A DNA stretch of 64,000 bases from assembly GCA_963708235.1 (NCBI GenBank), contig OY970200.1:847757-911756 (forward strand), read 5' to 3'. This document shows positions 1-10,287 of the stretch, in pieces; position 1 is the first letter of the stretch; the number at the start of each line of letters is the position of its first letter. The translations under genes and the position numbers were made by a program. The stretch comes from an uncultured Acidimicrobiia bacterium. Lineage in GTDB: Bacteria; Actinomycetota; Acidimicrobiia; Spongiisociales; UBA5794. The notes under the pieces are model-generated. The model was not told the DNA's origin, ran no database searches, and saw only the letters and a program-made list of their open reading frames with translations.

Positions 1-132
1 CGGTCCTCAGGCGCCGGGGCTGCGCCCGCCCGCACGGATTGTCGGTGTCTCGGGGAGGGGGGCCTGTAGCAGAAGCGGGTGGATGGGTCGTCGCCGATGC
101 GACGGGAACGCTCGGCAGATCGGAGTGCTCGG

Positions 133-1048
133 ATGAGGGTGGTGATCGCACTCGGCGGTAACGCGCTGTTGCAGCGCGGCGAACCGATGACCGCCGAGGC
201 CCAGCGCGCCAACGTCCGTGTCGCCGCCCCGGCCCTGGCCGCGGTGGCGCTGCAACACCAGTTGGTGTTGTCACACGGCAACGGGCCCCAGGTGGGGCTG
301 CTGGCGCTCCAGGCGGCGGCGTATCAGGATGTCGAGCCGTACCCGTTGGACATCCTGGGTGCGCAGACCGAGGGAATGATCGGCTACGTCCTCGAACAGG
401 AGCTGGGCAACATCCTGCCCTTCGAGGTCCCGTTCGCCACGCTGCTGACCATGATCGAGGTCGACCCAGCAGACCCCGCATTCGACAAGCCCACCAAGTA
501 TGTCGGACCGGTGTACGACCAGGCCGAAGCCGAGGCGCTGTCCGCCGAGAAGGGCTGGGATGTCGCCCCCGACGGCGACCGCTGGCGCCGGGTGGTTCCC
601 TCCCCGGAGCCGAAGCGGATCTTCGCCATCCGCCCGATCCGTTGGCTGCTCGATCAGGATGTGGTTGTGATCTGCGCCGGTGGCGGCGGGATTCCGACGA
701 TGTACGCCGCCGACGCCGAGCGCACCCTGGTGGGTGTCGAAGCGGTGATCGACAAGGACCTCGCATCCGAATTGCTGGCACGCGAGGTGAACGCCAACCT
801 CTTTGTCATGGTGACCGATGTCGACGGGGTCTACCTCAACTGGGGAACGCTCGATCAACGCCGCCTCGAGTCGGTCACCCCCGAGGAACTGCGCGAAGCT
901 CGACTTCGCCGCCGGGTCGATGGGACCCAAGGTCGAAGCTGCCGCCCGCTTCGTCGAACGCACCGGAATGCGAGCCGCCATCGGCAGTCTCCACGACATC
1001 ATCGACATCGTCGAAGGAAGCGCCGGTACCCAGGTGACTCCTATCTGA
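133..1048 (+). CDS. arcC: Carbamate kinase with an apparent +1 frameshift near nt 896. Either a pseudogene or an indel sequencing error.
   Basis: The N-terminal frame (133..~895) reads [13 protein letters not shown]...[11 protein letters not shown]...ICAGGGGIP, a typical carbamate kinase. The C-terminus continues in the +1 frame (ORF 818..1048) as [21 protein letters not shown]...GTQVTPI. Deleting one base at ~895 gives a continuous [16 protein letters not shown]. Confidence 0.8.
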
Positions 1049-1137
1049 GGATCGGCCCTCCGCCGCTGGCGGCATCGACGCACCGAGTTCGTCGATCGAC
1101 ACCGGTACCGGAAAGCGGGCCGGTACGCTGGCGAACG

Positions 1138-2256
1138 ATGTCGACCCCGCACCCCACGTCCGAAGCGTCCGATGCGGCAGGTGATCCCGCCGCGGGTGGG
1201 GTGCCCCGATCGTTGAAGCTGGCTTCTGAGATCACATGGCGGACGGCGCTGGTGGTGGCCGGCGCCCTGGCGGTGATCTGGGTCTTCCTCGAGTTGAGCG
1301 TCGTCACCGTCCCCGCCTTCGTGGCGCTTCTGGCGGCGACCGTGCTGTATCCACCCGTCGTGTGGTTGCGGGATCGCGGGTGGCCCCGTCTGCTGGCAAC
1401 CTGGACGGTGCTGCTCGGAGTCGTCGCCCTGGTGGTGGCAGGGGTGGCGCTGCTGGTCCCGGCGTTCCTGGCCGAGACCGAAGATCTCGGAACCCAACTC
1501 GACGAGGGCATTGCCGAGGTGGAGAACTGGCTCGAGACCGGGCCCCTCGGTATCGAGAACGCCGACATCAAGGGCGCCCTGGACAGCGCCGCCGACCAGT
1601 TGATGGATGCGGGCCCCGCCCTGTTCGAGGGGGTCACTGTCGTCGTCGAGGTCCTTGCCGGGATGCTCATCGCCCTGGTGATGGTGTTCTTCTTCATCAA
1701 GGACGGCCCGAAGATCACCGACTGGGCTTCGAAGCACATGCCCGCCACCCGCCGCGACGACTGGCGGCGGGCGTCAGCGGCGGCATGGTCGGCGCTCGGC
1801 GCCTACTTTCGGGGGACGCTGGTGGTCGGGATCGTCAACGGCACCGCCATCGGGATCGGACTGGCCATCCTCGGGGTACCGCTCGCCCTGCCCCTTGCGG
1901 TGATCACGGCCGCCTCGGCGTTCTTCCCCGTGGTAGGTGCGGTGGTGGCCGGAGCGCTCGCCGCCCTGGTGGCGCTGGTCACCGAAGGTCCGGTCGATGC
2001 GCTGATCGTCGTCGGTCTCACCGTCGCCGTGCAGCAGCTCGAAGGCGATGTGCTCAGCCCGGTGATCATGGGACGCGTCCTCAGCCTTCACCCGCTCGTC
2101 ATCCTGGTGGTGCTGACGATCGGCGCCGTCACCGCAGGGATTCTCGGCGCCTTCCTGGCCGTCCCCGTCACCGCCATGGCGATCGCCGCCACGTCGTCCC
2201 TGCGGCAGGCCCGGCTCCGCAACGACCTGCCGGCGCACCCGGCGGAGGGAATCTAG
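1138..2256 (+). CDS. AI-2E family transporter (PerM/YhhT-like, UPF0118) membrane protein.
   Basis: About 372 aa with 7-8 hydrophobic helices. C-terminal motifs [23 protein letters not shown] are typical of AI-2E/PerM permeases. The ATG at 1138 is in frame with the long ORF 79..2256. Confidence 0.7.
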   Translation: MSTPHPTSEASDAAGDPAAGGVPRSLKLASEITWRTALVVAGALAVIWVFLELSVVTVPAFVALLAATVLYPPVVWLRDRGWPRLLATWTVLLGVVALVVAGVALLVPAFLAETEDLGTQLDEGIAEVENWLETGPLGIENADIKGALDSAADQLMDAGPALFEGVTVVVEVLAGMLIALVMVFFFIKDGPKITDWASKHMPATRRDDWRRASAAAWSALGAYFRGTLVVGIVNGTAIGIGLAILGVPLALPLAVITAASAFFPVVGAVVAGALAALVALVTEGPVDALIVVGLTVAVQQLEGDVLSPVIMGRVLSLHPLVILVVLTIGAVTAGILGAFLAVPVTAMAIAATSSLRQARLRNDLPAHPAEGI

Positions 2257-2337
2257 CGGGCCACCCGGGGCACACCCGTAGATGTCAAGCAGGGATAGCG
2301 GAGAAAGACCCCTCGCCAGCGGAGGACGCCTTCTTCT

Positions 2338-2580
2338 GGCCCTCCCCTCCTCGGGGGGAGTGTCGGAATATTTCATTGCCACACCGCGGGTTCCCTGGGC
2401 CAGCGAAGCCAATGGAAGCGCATCAACGCGGCGTCCCCTTGTCGGCCCTCCCCTCCTCGGGGGAGTGTCGGAATATGTCATTGCCACACCGCGTGTTCCC
2501 TGGGCCAGTGAGGCCAATAGAAGCGCATTAACGGCGCGTCCCCTTGTCGGCCCTCCCCTCCTCGGGAGGAGGGGTGGCTG
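2338..2580. repeat. Tandem array of about 2.3 copies of a 106-bp GC-rich repeat. Likely non-coding.
   Basis: The unit GGCCCTCCCCTCCTCGGGGGGAGTGTCGGAATAT(T/G)TCATTGCCACACCGCG(G/T)GTTCCCTGGGCCAG(C/T)GA(A/G)GCCAAT(G/A)GAAGCGCAT(C/T)AACG..GTCCCCTTGTC starts at 2338, 2444 and 2549. The third copy is truncated into a hairpin, CCCTCCCCTCCTCGGGAGGAGGGGTGG. Confidence 0.85.
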
Positions 2581-2740
2581 CGGACGCCTCGCGGACGCAG
2601 ACGGGGCGGAGCGCGGCGTCAAGGTCCGCTTCGCCAGCAGCGTCACCGACAGACACGTGACCAGCGCCGCAACCTCCGAACGCCTAGGCCCGCACGCGAC
2701 AAGTCGACCACAGAGGACAACAACCTCGCGCCCCGCCCCA

Positions 2741-2900
2741 CCTCCTCCCAGAACCTCGGAGGCACCCCGCCCCCCGGGGCACGTCGGAATACCTCCGAAT
2801 CAGCCATCTGGGCGCTCCGAAACCCTTGGGCCCCAACGGCCCGAAATCGGCGGACGGAGTAAATCGACAGACCCCCCGGGGCGGGAGGGCCAAGAAAGCG
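2741..2900. repeat. Dispersed copy A of a GC-rich inverted-repeat (MITE/REP-like) element family.
   Basis: Starts CCTCCTCCCAGAACCTCGGAGGCACCCCGCCCCCCGGGGCACGTCGGAATACC. Ends CCCCCCGGGGCGGGAGGGCCAAGAAAGCG. Shares the GTCGGAATA core with the tandem unit and both termini with the copy at 34876-35040. Confidence 0.6.
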
Positions 2901-2949
2901 CCGGCCCTTGCGGTGATCCCTTGTTGGCTTACCCGCTGAGGCATCACAG

Positions 2950-3095
2950 ATGGCGGGGTCCCTCATGGCCAGGGGGATGTCGGAGTACCGCGAAATCGCC
3001 GAGTCCACCTCTCCGAAAGGCCTGTGACGTAGAGGCCCTGCCTTCTCGGGCGTTGAGCGAATCGACACCCCCAGGGCGGTGGGCCAAGAAAGAGC
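2950..3095. repeat. Dispersed copy B of the same repeat family, about 195 bp downstream of copy A.
   Basis: Contains GATGTCGGAGTACCGCGAAATCGCC...CGAATCGACACCCCCAGGGCGGTGGGCCAAGAAAGAG. This aligns with copy A at the GTCGGA(A/G)TACC core and at the GGGCGG.GGGCCAAGAAAG terminus. Confidence 0.6.
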
Positions 3096-3097
3096 AG

Positions 3098-3826
3098 CTA
3101 GCCCAGGTCCAAGATGGGGCGTAGTTCTACACCGCCCCCTGGCACCACCCGGATGTGGGTGGCCATCTCGACCACCGTCTCCGGGCTGCCCCGCAACACG
3201 TAGAAAGCCCGGGCGCTGCGGGTCGCCGGCACACCACCCTCGGAGATCTGAAGGTCTCCGTTGCGAACCCGGATCGTGGCGGCCGACGAGGAGGGATGCA
3301 GCGCACCGCCGGCGACGATGAGATCGGTGGCCGCCTCGGCGAAACGCTGGTGGGCCGCCGGGTCGTCGAGCTGGTGCGTTCCACCACCGACGGCCGGGTC
3401 GTCCGCAGCGGACTCCGGCCCGTGCACCATCGCCAGAAACCGTGCCGCCCCGCGTCCACCGGCGGGCATCGCCATCGACCGATCGAACCACTGCCCGAGG
3501 GGCCGGACCTCGACGGTTCCATAGACCGCCACCGGGATCAGCCGGGCCATGTGAAGGGCGCCCTCCATCGATCCCGCCTCCAGAACGTACACACCGGCCA
3601 GGGCCTCGTCGGTCGCGGCAAACGTGCCCGCCGTCACCTCGACCTCGTCGCCCCGGTGGCGGATGCTCCGAGTCGTCGAGCGCTCCTGCAACGCCACCCC
3701 GGCCATGATCGCTCCAGCCGCCACCTCACCGAAGGCGGCGAACCCGACCATGTCGCGTTCGAAGTCCTCCGTGCCCGGCGTGGGCATCGCCGACTCGTCG
3801 GCAAACAGCAACACCAGAAACTGCAT
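3098..3826 (-). CDS. Protein with two tandem YciI-like (DGPF/Dabb-type) domains.
   Basis: From MQFLVLLFADESAMPTPGTEDFERDM, the first half ends GVYVLEAGSMEGALHMARLIPVAVYGTVEVRPL and the second half ends AFYVLRGSPETVVEMATHIRVVPGGGVELRPI. Both match the YciI-like fold signature. Start is the internal Met (M15 of ORF 3098..3868). Confidence 0.5.
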   Translation of the reverse strand: MQFLVLLFADESAMPTPGTEDFERDMVGFAAFGEVAAGAIMAGVALQERSTTRSIRHRGDEVEVTAGTFAATDEALAGVYVLEAGSMEGALHMARLIPVAVYGTVEVRPLGQWFDRSMAMPAGGRGAARFLAMVHGPESAADDPAVGGGTHQLDDPAAHQRFAEAATDLIVAGGALHPSSSAATIRVRNGDLQISEGGVPATRSARAFYVLRGSPETVVEMATHIRVVPGGGVELRPILDLG

Positions 3827-4000
3827 GGCGTTCCCTCCTCTCGGTGATGCGGGTGCCCATTGTGGCAAGTGCCCGCAGCACTCCGGCGTCTGCCGTCCGC
3901 CGCACCTACGGATCGGCGTGGTTCGACCGGGTACGCTGGCCCGACGGGCAGCGTGTCGATGGCTCGATGACCCGTGTCCAGACGGCCCGATGTCCCGACG

Positions 4001-5032
4001 ATGAGGATCCTGCTGATGCTCGACCCGGTCCCGTTCGATGAATCAGTCGCCACCGCAGCGGTTTCGACCGGACGGCTCCCGTCTCCCGATGAGGTACGCC
4101 GCCTGCTCGATGAGGCCTACGGCCGGTACCGGACCAACCGGGCCGGTGACGTCGCCGACTACATCCCGGCGCTCGCCGCCACCGACCCGGACCTGTTCGG
4201 CGCCTGCATCGTCAGCGCCCGCGGCGAGTCGTACGGGGTCGGAGACGCCGGACACGCCTTCTCGATCCAGAGCGTGTCGAAGCCGTTCGTCTTCGCCCTG
4301 GTGTGCCAGCTGCTCGGCCCCGAGGACGCCCGCCTCAAGATCGGGGTCAACAGCACCGGCTTGCCGTTCAACTCGGTGATGGCGGTGGAGCTGATCGCCG
4401 ACCGCACGGCCAATCCGATGGTCAACGCCGGCGCCATCGCCACCACCAGCCTGATCCCCGGCGCCACACCCGACGACAAGTGGGAGACCATCCGCAACGG
4501 GTTGTCGCGATTCGCCGGGCGCACCCTGGAACTCGATGGCGAGGTCTACCGGTCGGAGTCGGTGAGCAACGGTCGCAACCGGGGTATCGCCAGGCTGCTC
4601 GCCAGTTACGACCGGCTCTACGCCGATCCCGACGAGGCCACCGACCTGTACACACGGCAGTGTTCGCTCTCGGTGACCGCCACCGATCTGGCGGTGATGG
4701 GGGCCACCCTCGCCGACGGAGGGGTCAACCCGATCACCGGGGAACGGATCATCGACCCGGTCCACTGCAAGCGGGTGCTCGCCGTGCTGGCCACCGCCGG
4801 GCTCTACGAGCGCTCCGGCGAGTGGCTGTATGAGATCGGGCTCCCGGGCAAGAGCGGGGTGAGCGGCGGGATGGTGACCGTGTCGCCAGGGAAGGGAGGC
4901 CTCGGGGTCTTCTCCCCACCACTCGATGGCGCCGGCAACAGTGTCCGTGGTCAGTATCTCACCAAATATCTGTCCGACCGGCTCGGTCTCAACATCTTTG
5001 CCTCGCGACCGGTGGCGCCCGACGCCGGGTGA
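4001..5032 (+). CDS. glsA: Glutaminase (GlsA, serine-dependent beta-lactamase fold).
   Basis: VADYIPALA...FSIQSVSKPFVFAL...GLPFNSV...NPMVNAGAI...GLPGKSGVSGGMV...SPPLDGAGNSV, which is collinear with E. coli GlsA. Alternative GTG start at 3974. Confidence 0.85.
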   Translation: MRILLMLDPVPFDESVATAAVSTGRLPSPDEVRRLLDEAYGRYRTNRAGDVADYIPALAATDPDLFGACIVSARGESYGVGDAGHAFSIQSVSKPFVFALVCQLLGPEDARLKIGVNSTGLPFNSVMAVELIADRTANPMVNAGAIATTSLIPGATPDDKWETIRNGLSRFAGRTLELDGEVYRSESVSNGRNRGIARLLASYDRLYADPDEATDLYTRQCSLSVTATDLAVMGATLADGGVNPITGERIIDPVHCKRVLAVLATAGLYERSGEWLYEIGLPGKSGVSGGMVTVSPGKGGLGVFSPPLDGAGNSVRGQYLTKYLSDRLGLNIFASRPVAPDAG

Positions 5033-5187
5033 CGCTTCCGATCCCGGGGGCGACCCGTCGCCGAACTTCGGCACCGCCGCCGCAGCGGGTAGCGTGCGGG
5101 CCGCATCTCCCGAAGAGAGGGAAGCCCCTGCCCGGCGGTCGTCGGAGCATGGGGATTCGGCTGGATGAGAGGGACCGGTGGGCGGAC

Positions 5188-5676
5188 ATGTCAGAGATCG
5201 CAAGGTTGCTTGCCGCCAACGAGGGCTATGCCGCCGCCCGTGCCAATGTCACCGATGCCCGGCCCAGCCGGAGTCTGGCGGTCGTCACGTGCATGGATCC
5301 CCGTATCGATGTGTTCGCCGTCCTCGGGCTGCACCTCGGCGAAGCCCATGTCATCCGCAACGGGGGCGGCAGGGTCACCGACGACGTGCTGCGCAGCATG
5401 GCCCTGTCGACGCACGTGCTCGGTGTCGAGACCGTGGTGGTGATGCAGCACACCAAGTGCGGTCTGGTCGGCGTCACCGACGAGGAGTTGCGTGACATCA
5501 CCGGCTCCGACCTCGGGTTTCTTCCCATCGACGACCACGCCGCCGCGCTCCGCGAGGACATCGAGGTGCTCGCCACCAAGAGTTATCTCTCCCCGTTGCA
5601 GGTGATCGCCGGCTTCGTCTACGACGTCGAGAGCGGCGAAATCCACGACGTGGTCCGGTGGGAACGCACGCCGTAG
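5188..5676 (+). CDS. Beta-class carbonic anhydrase.
   Basis: The CMDPRID...HLGEAHVIRNGGG...VVVMQHTKCG Cys/His/Cys zinc-ligand pattern is typical of beta-carbonic anhydrases. Start is the internal Met (MSEIARLL). Confidence 0.8.
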   Translation: MSEIARLLAANEGYAAARANVTDARPSRSLAVVTCMDPRIDVFAVLGLHLGEAHVIRNGGGRVTDDVLRSMALSTHVLGVETVVVMQHTKCGLVGVTDEELRDITGSDLGFLPIDDHAAALREDIEVLATKSYLSPLQVIAGFVYDVESGEIHDVVRWERTP

Positions 5677-5722
5677 ACGAAGCCGGCGCAGGCGCCGGTC
5701 GCTGGCTCCTGGAGGTTGCAGC

Positions 5723-7387
5723 TCAGCCGTTGACCGGGTACCCGGGTCCCAGCGGGATGCCGAGCATGAACCATGCGGCGAACAGCACCAACCACACCAG
5801 CAGGATGCCCACCGCATAGGGGAGCATCAGGGCCACCACCGTCCCGAGACCCGCCTTCTTCTGATATCGCTGCGCCACCACCACGATGAACGGCAGATAC
5901 ACCATCAGCGGCGTCAACACGTTGGTGGGGGAGTCGCCCACCCGGTAGGCGGCGAGGACCGTCTGCGGGGCCACGTCGAGCCGGGTGAAGATCGGGATGA
6001 ACACCGGGGCGAAGATCGCCCACTTGGGGACGACGCCGGGAAGGATGAAGTTGAGCACCACGATCACCACGATCATCGCCAGCAGCAGCGGGAGTGCTCC
6101 CACGCTGGCGCTCTCCAGCACACCCGCCATCTTCACCGCCGCCACCCGGGGCATGTTGGTGTAGTTGAAGTAGGCAATGAACTGGCTGATCATCAGCAAC
6201 ATAAAGATGAGTCCGGACAAACCGGAGAACGTCTTGGTGACGGCGTTGATCACGCCCTCGCTGCCCTGGAGCGTCTTGGCCCCCCGCCCGTAGAAGATGC
6301 CGCAGACGAGGAAGATCAGCGAGATCAGGAAGATCAGGCTGTTCATGAACGGGGTCGGTCCGACGAGGGCACCGGTCACCGGGTCCCGCAGCGGTGCCCC
6401 GGGTGGGAGGGAGAGCAGGGCGATCAGCCCGCCGATGCCGAGGAGACCGTAGAAGGCGTATTTCAGCCCGCGGGCCTCGGCGTCCGGGTCGACCGCCTCC
6501 GCCGCCAGCGCATCCGGGTCGCCTTCGGTCGGATCGTAGGGTCCGAGGCGGGGCTCGACGATGCGTTGGGTGATGAACATCGCCACGCCGGCCAGTACCA
6601 GGGTCGACACCACCGCAAAGTAGTAGTTGGCGGTGACGGTGATCGGCTCGCCGCCGGTCAACCCGATCGCCTCGTTGGTGATCTCGGTGAGCATGCTGTC
6701 TACGGGTGTGATCAGCATGTTGACGCCGAAGACGGCGCCCACCCCGGCGAACGCCGCCGCCATCCCGGCCAACGGATGGCGACCCAACGTCATGAAGGCA
6801 GCCGCTCCCAACGGGATCAGGATCAGATACCCGGCGTCGGACGCCACGCTGGACAGCACCCCCACCAGGATCAGGATGAAGGCGATGAGTTGACGGGGCG
6901 CCACCGCCACCAGCTTGCGGATCAACGCCGCCATCATCCCGGCCTGTTCGGCGACTCCGACTCCGGCCATCGCCACCAGCGTCACCGCCACCACGGCGAA
7001 CCCGGCGAAGTTGCTGACGAAGGAGGTGAAGAAAAACCTGATCCCGTCGGCGTCGAGCAGACTCCGGATCGGGATGAACTCTTCCTTGACGATGTAGTCG
7101 GGAATCTGGGCGGGTTCGTTGGTGAAGACGTCGTAGGGGACGATCGACCCGCCGAGCGCATTGTTGAGGTCCCGGAGCTGCTGGATCGGGACCGGTTCGA
7201 CTATTTCCTCGGTGACGCTGATGTTCATCATCGCCAGGATCTGGGAGAGCACCATCACGATGGCGATCAGGTACACGAACATCATCACCGGGTGGGGTAC
7301 CCGGTTGCCGACTTTCTCGATACCGTCGAGGAGCTTCTCGGTGAAGCCCCGTTTTACCGGCTGTCCTTCGGCGGTCGTGGTCGACAT
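5723..7387 (-). CDS. abgT: AbgT family transporter (p-aminobenzoyl-glutamate/peptide uptake).
   Basis: 554-aa polytopic membrane protein. The N-terminal MSTTTAEGQPVKRGFTEKLLDGIEKVGNRVPHPVMMF and overall topology are typical of AbgT/MtrF. It lies immediately downstream of the aminopeptidase gene. Confidence 0.8.
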   Translation of the reverse strand: MSTTTAEGQPVKRGFTEKLLDGIEKVGNRVPHPVMMFVYLIAIVMVLSQILAMMNISVTEEIVEPVPIQQLRDLNNALGGSIVPYDVFTNEPAQIPDYIVKEEFIPIRSLLDADGIRFFFTSFVSNFAGFAVVAVTLVAMAGVGVAEQAGMMAALIRKLVAVAPRQLIAFILILVGVLSSVASDAGYLILIPLGAAAFMTLGRHPLAGMAAAFAGVGAVFGVNMLITPVDSMLTEITNEAIGLTGGEPITVTANYYFAVVSTLVLAGVAMFITQRIVEPRLGPYDPTEGDPDALAAEAVDPDAEARGLKYAFYGLLGIGGLIALLSLPPGAPLRDPVTGALVGPTPFMNSLIFLISLIFLVCGIFYGRGAKTLQGSEGVINAVTKTFSGLSGLIFMLLMISQFIAYFNYTNMPRVAAVKMAGVLESASVGALPLLLAMIVVIVVLNFILPGVVPKWAIFAPVFIPIFTRLDVAPQTVLAAYRVGDSPTNVLTPLMVYLPFIVVVAQRYQKKAGLGTVVALMLPYAVGILLVWLVLFAAWFMLGIPLGPGYPVNG

Positions 7388-7434
7388 GACGATCCCTGCG
7401 CTTTCTGGCGTCTGGACGAACTGCGTGCGGCGAT

Positions 7435-8910
7435 CTAGCCGGCGAGCCGGCGGAGATACTCGGTCACCACGCGCACTCCGGCGCCGGTGCCGCCGACGAA
7501 CTCGTACGGTCGCTCCGGTTTGGCGACCCATGCCGAGCCGGCGATATCGAGATGGACGAACGGATAGTCGCCGACGAAGGCGGTGAGGAACGCCGCGGCG
7601 GTGATCGACCCGGCGGGCTGCCCGGCGAGGTTCTTCACATCACCGATATCGCTCTTCACCAGTTCGTGATACTCGTCCCACAGTGGCAGTTGCCACACGC
7701 GGTCGCCGCTCGACTCTCCGGCGGCGATGATCTGATCGGCGAGCGCCTGATCGGTGCCCATCAGCCCGGAGGCGTAACGGCCCAGCGCCACGATGATCGC
7801 CCCGGTGAGCGTCGACAGCTCGACGACGGCGTCCGGTTCGTACCGCTGCGCATAGAACAGGGCATCGGACAGGATGACCCGCCCTTCGGCGTCGGTATTG
7901 AGCACCTCGATCGTCTTCCCGCTGAGGGTGGTGACCACGTCCCCGGGGCGATACGAACGACCGCTCGGCATGTTCTCGGCGGCGCTGATCAACCCGACGA
8001 CATGGATCGGCAACTCCAACTCGGCGACCGCCTGGATGATGGCGATGACGGCGGCGCCTCCACCCATGTCGTTCTTCATCGTCTCCATCGCCGCTGCCGG
8101 CTTGATCGACAGCCCACCGGAATCGAAGGTCAGACCCTTGCCTGCAAGACAGATCGTCGGAACTTCGGCACCGTCTCCGTTACCCAGGTCGGCGCCATAC
8201 TCGAGGACGATGAAACGTGGTTCCGCATACGATCCCTTTCCGACCGCCAGCACACCGCCGAATCCCTGTTCGGTGAGCTGGTCCATGTCGAGGACGGTGG
8301 CGGAGACCCCGACCCGGTCGGCCATCGCCACGGCGGCGTCGGCCAGTGCCGGTGGGGTCATGTCGGCCGGCGGGGTGTTGACCAGGTCCCGGGCGAGTGC
8401 CACGGCCCGTGCCAGGATCAGGCCGAGGCCCACACCCTCCCGCACCTCGTCGGCCGCGGCCGTGGTGAGCACGGTGGCGGTATCGACCGTGAAGGTCTGG
8501 GCGTCGGTGAGACCGGTGCGGTACTGCCAGAAGCGATAGGCGCCGAGTTCGATGCCCTCGGCGACGGCGCGCCCGGCGTCGTGCGGGTCCACGGGAACCT
8601 CGTCGGCGATACCGAAGGTGAACGTGGCGGCCTGTACGTCGCGGGCCTGCCGTACGGCGGTTGCGGCCACCTGACGAAGCCGTTCGGCGGTGACCTTTTC
8701 CGCAGGCCCGAGCCCGATCAGGAGGAGACGGTCGGGGACCACCACGTCGCCGGGATACAGCAAGATCGTCTGACCCGGCTTGCCCTCGAAATCGCCGGAT
8801 GGGAACAGCCCGGCGACCTCATCTGGGAGCGGGCTTCCCTCGCAGACGCCCAATGCACCAAACGGAGAACCTTCGGTCAGGACGTCGCCTGTCTGAACGT
8901 TGATATGCAC
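7435..8910 (-). CDS. pepA: Leucyl aminopeptidase (M17 family).
   Basis: M17 signature NTDAEGRVILSDAL, plus the catalytic lysine region GKGLTFDSGGLSIKP and the C-terminal catalytic domain. Confidence 0.85.
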   Translation of the reverse strand: MHINVQTGDVLTEGSPFGALGVCEGSPLPDEVAGLFPSGDFEGKPGQTILLYPGDVVVPDRLLLIGLGPAEKVTAERLRQVAATAVRQARDVQAATFTFGIADEVPVDPHDAGRAVAEGIELGAYRFWQYRTGLTDAQTFTVDTATVLTTAAADEVREGVGLGLILARAVALARDLVNTPPADMTPPALADAAVAMADRVGVSATVLDMDQLTEQGFGGVLAVGKGSYAEPRFIVLEYGADLGNGDGAEVPTICLAGKGLTFDSGGLSIKPAAAMETMKNDMGGGAAVIAIIQAVAELELPIHVVGLISAAENMPSGRSYRPGDVVTTLSGKTIEVLNTDAEGRVILSDALFYAQRYEPDAVVELSTLTGAIIVALGRYASGLMGTDQALADQIIAAGESSGDRVWQLPLWDEYHELVKSDIGDVKNLAGQPAGSITAAAFLTAFVGDYPFVHLDIAGSAWVAKPERPYEFVGGTGAGVRVVTEYLRRLAG

Positions 8911-9132
8911 GCCACATGCCCCTTCTCGTCATCCTGTCCCTTGCAGCGGAAGATAACATTCGCAACCCTGGCGTGATGCGTGAAGGACGTCCCGATCTCG
9001 CCGGGTCACCCGTCCGCCCGTGGTCTTTCGAGCGTCCGACGCGTGCGTCCGCAACGTCGATCGAGGCCGCCGTCCCGCCCGCCGACAGCGGGACACCCGA
9101 CATCGAGACGCAATGGTGAATATGGTCGTGCG

Positions 9133-10287
9133 ATGCCGCACGCCAGCCAGGACACCACGGTTCCCCGGGATCCCGTCACTGCGGCGCCCGTCCCGGTCCC
9201 GGATGGCAGAGCACACCGGTTGCGGCGCCTCGGTGACGTCTGGGTCCGCCACGGCGAACGGATCACCCTGGTGGTCCTGGTGTTGTGCCAGGCGGGGACC
9301 GTTGCGCTGACATGGAACCTGTGGAACGTCCGCACCGAACCGCCGCCGCTGCCCCTGATCGATGCGCTACCCGAGGTCGCCACCGCTTGGGCGTTGATCG
9401 TCACGTTGGCGGTGGCGCTGTGGCGGCCCCGCATCGGTGCGGTACTGCATCTCGGGGTGCTGGCATATGCCGTGATGCTGGACCAGACACGACTCCAGCC
9501 GGGTGTGGTGTCGCTTGCGATCCTGCTGGTGGCGCTCGCTTTCCCTCCGCTGACCGTGGTCGGTCGGGCGCACCTGGTGACGTTGTGGACCTGGTCCGGG
9601 ATCCACAAGCTGCTCAGCACCGGATTCGCCGGCGGCAGCGCCGTCTTCATGGCCGATGGGCTGGGTGTCCCGCTCGGTGTGACGGTGTGGGCGACGCCAC
9701 TCGCCGAGCTCACACTCGGGCTGGTCGCCTCGATGTGGCGGACCCGTCGTATCGCCGTGGCGCAGGCCGTGTTGGTTCACGGTGCGATCCTGTTCACCCT
9801 CATCGCCCAGGACTGGAACAGCTCGGTGTGGCTGTGGAACCTCGCCCTACCCTTTGCCGCGGCGCATTTCCTGCTCACCGGGCGCAACCGCCAGCTTGTG
9901 GTGCTGCGGCACGAGAACCGCAGGGCGGCGGTTGCTTCAGCCGTGGTCTGGCTGGTCGCCTGGTCCTACCCCGCAGGTTTCTATGTCGGTGCCGCCGACA
10001 CCTATCTGGCGCACAATCTGTACACCAGCAACACCCGGACGGCAACGGTATGCCAGCTTCCTGCCGGTGCCGTCGCCTCGGGGTCGGCGCCGTGTGTCAG
10101 CCCGTTCGACTGGACCTGGATTGCGCTCAACGTTCCGCTCCCACCGGAGCCCCGGCTCTACCGTCAGTGGTTCGAGGCCACCTGCTCTCCTGGCGGTGTG
10201 CTGCGGATCACTCCGATCCGGACGAGGATCACGCCGGAGACAGCGCCCGTCGAATTCGCCTGTCCACCCGCAGAGTTGTCCCGGTAG
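9133..10287 (+). CDS. Polytopic integral membrane protein of unknown function.
   Basis: About 8 hydrophobic helices, Trp-rich, with a Cys-containing C-terminal soluble tail. Start at the internal ATG (MPHASQ). No family assignable by eye. Confidence 0.4.
   Translation: MPHASQDTTVPRDPVTAAPVPVPDGRAHRLRRLGDVWVRHGERITLVVLVLCQAGTVALTWNLWNVRTEPPPLPLIDALPEVATAWALIVTLAVALWRPRIGAVLHLGVLAYAVMLDQTRLQPGVVSLAILLVALAFPPLTVVGRAHLVTLWTWSGIHKLLSTGFAGGSAVFMADGLGVPLGVTVWATPLAELTLGLVASMWRTRRIAVAQAVLVHGAILFTLIAQDWNSSVWLWNLALPFAAAHFLLTGRNRQLVVLRHENRRAAVASAVVWLVAWSYPAGFYVGAADTYLAHNLYTSNTRTATVCQLPAGAVASGSAPCVSPFDWTWIALNVPLPPEPRLYRQWFEATCSPGGVLRITPIRTRITPETAPVEFACPPAELSR

Noticed and set aside
2338-2580. A possible CRISPR array.
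   Set aside because: There are only 2.3 copies of a 106-bp unit, with no short repeat plus unique spacer structure and no cas genes.
2282-3124. A 280-aa ORF containing an internally repeated peptide (RPLVGPPLLGGVSEY.IATPRVPWASEAN).
   Set aside because: It is simply the translation of the 106-bp tandem repeat and dispersed repeat copies. It has no start context and its composition is driven by the repeats, so it is treated as non-coding.
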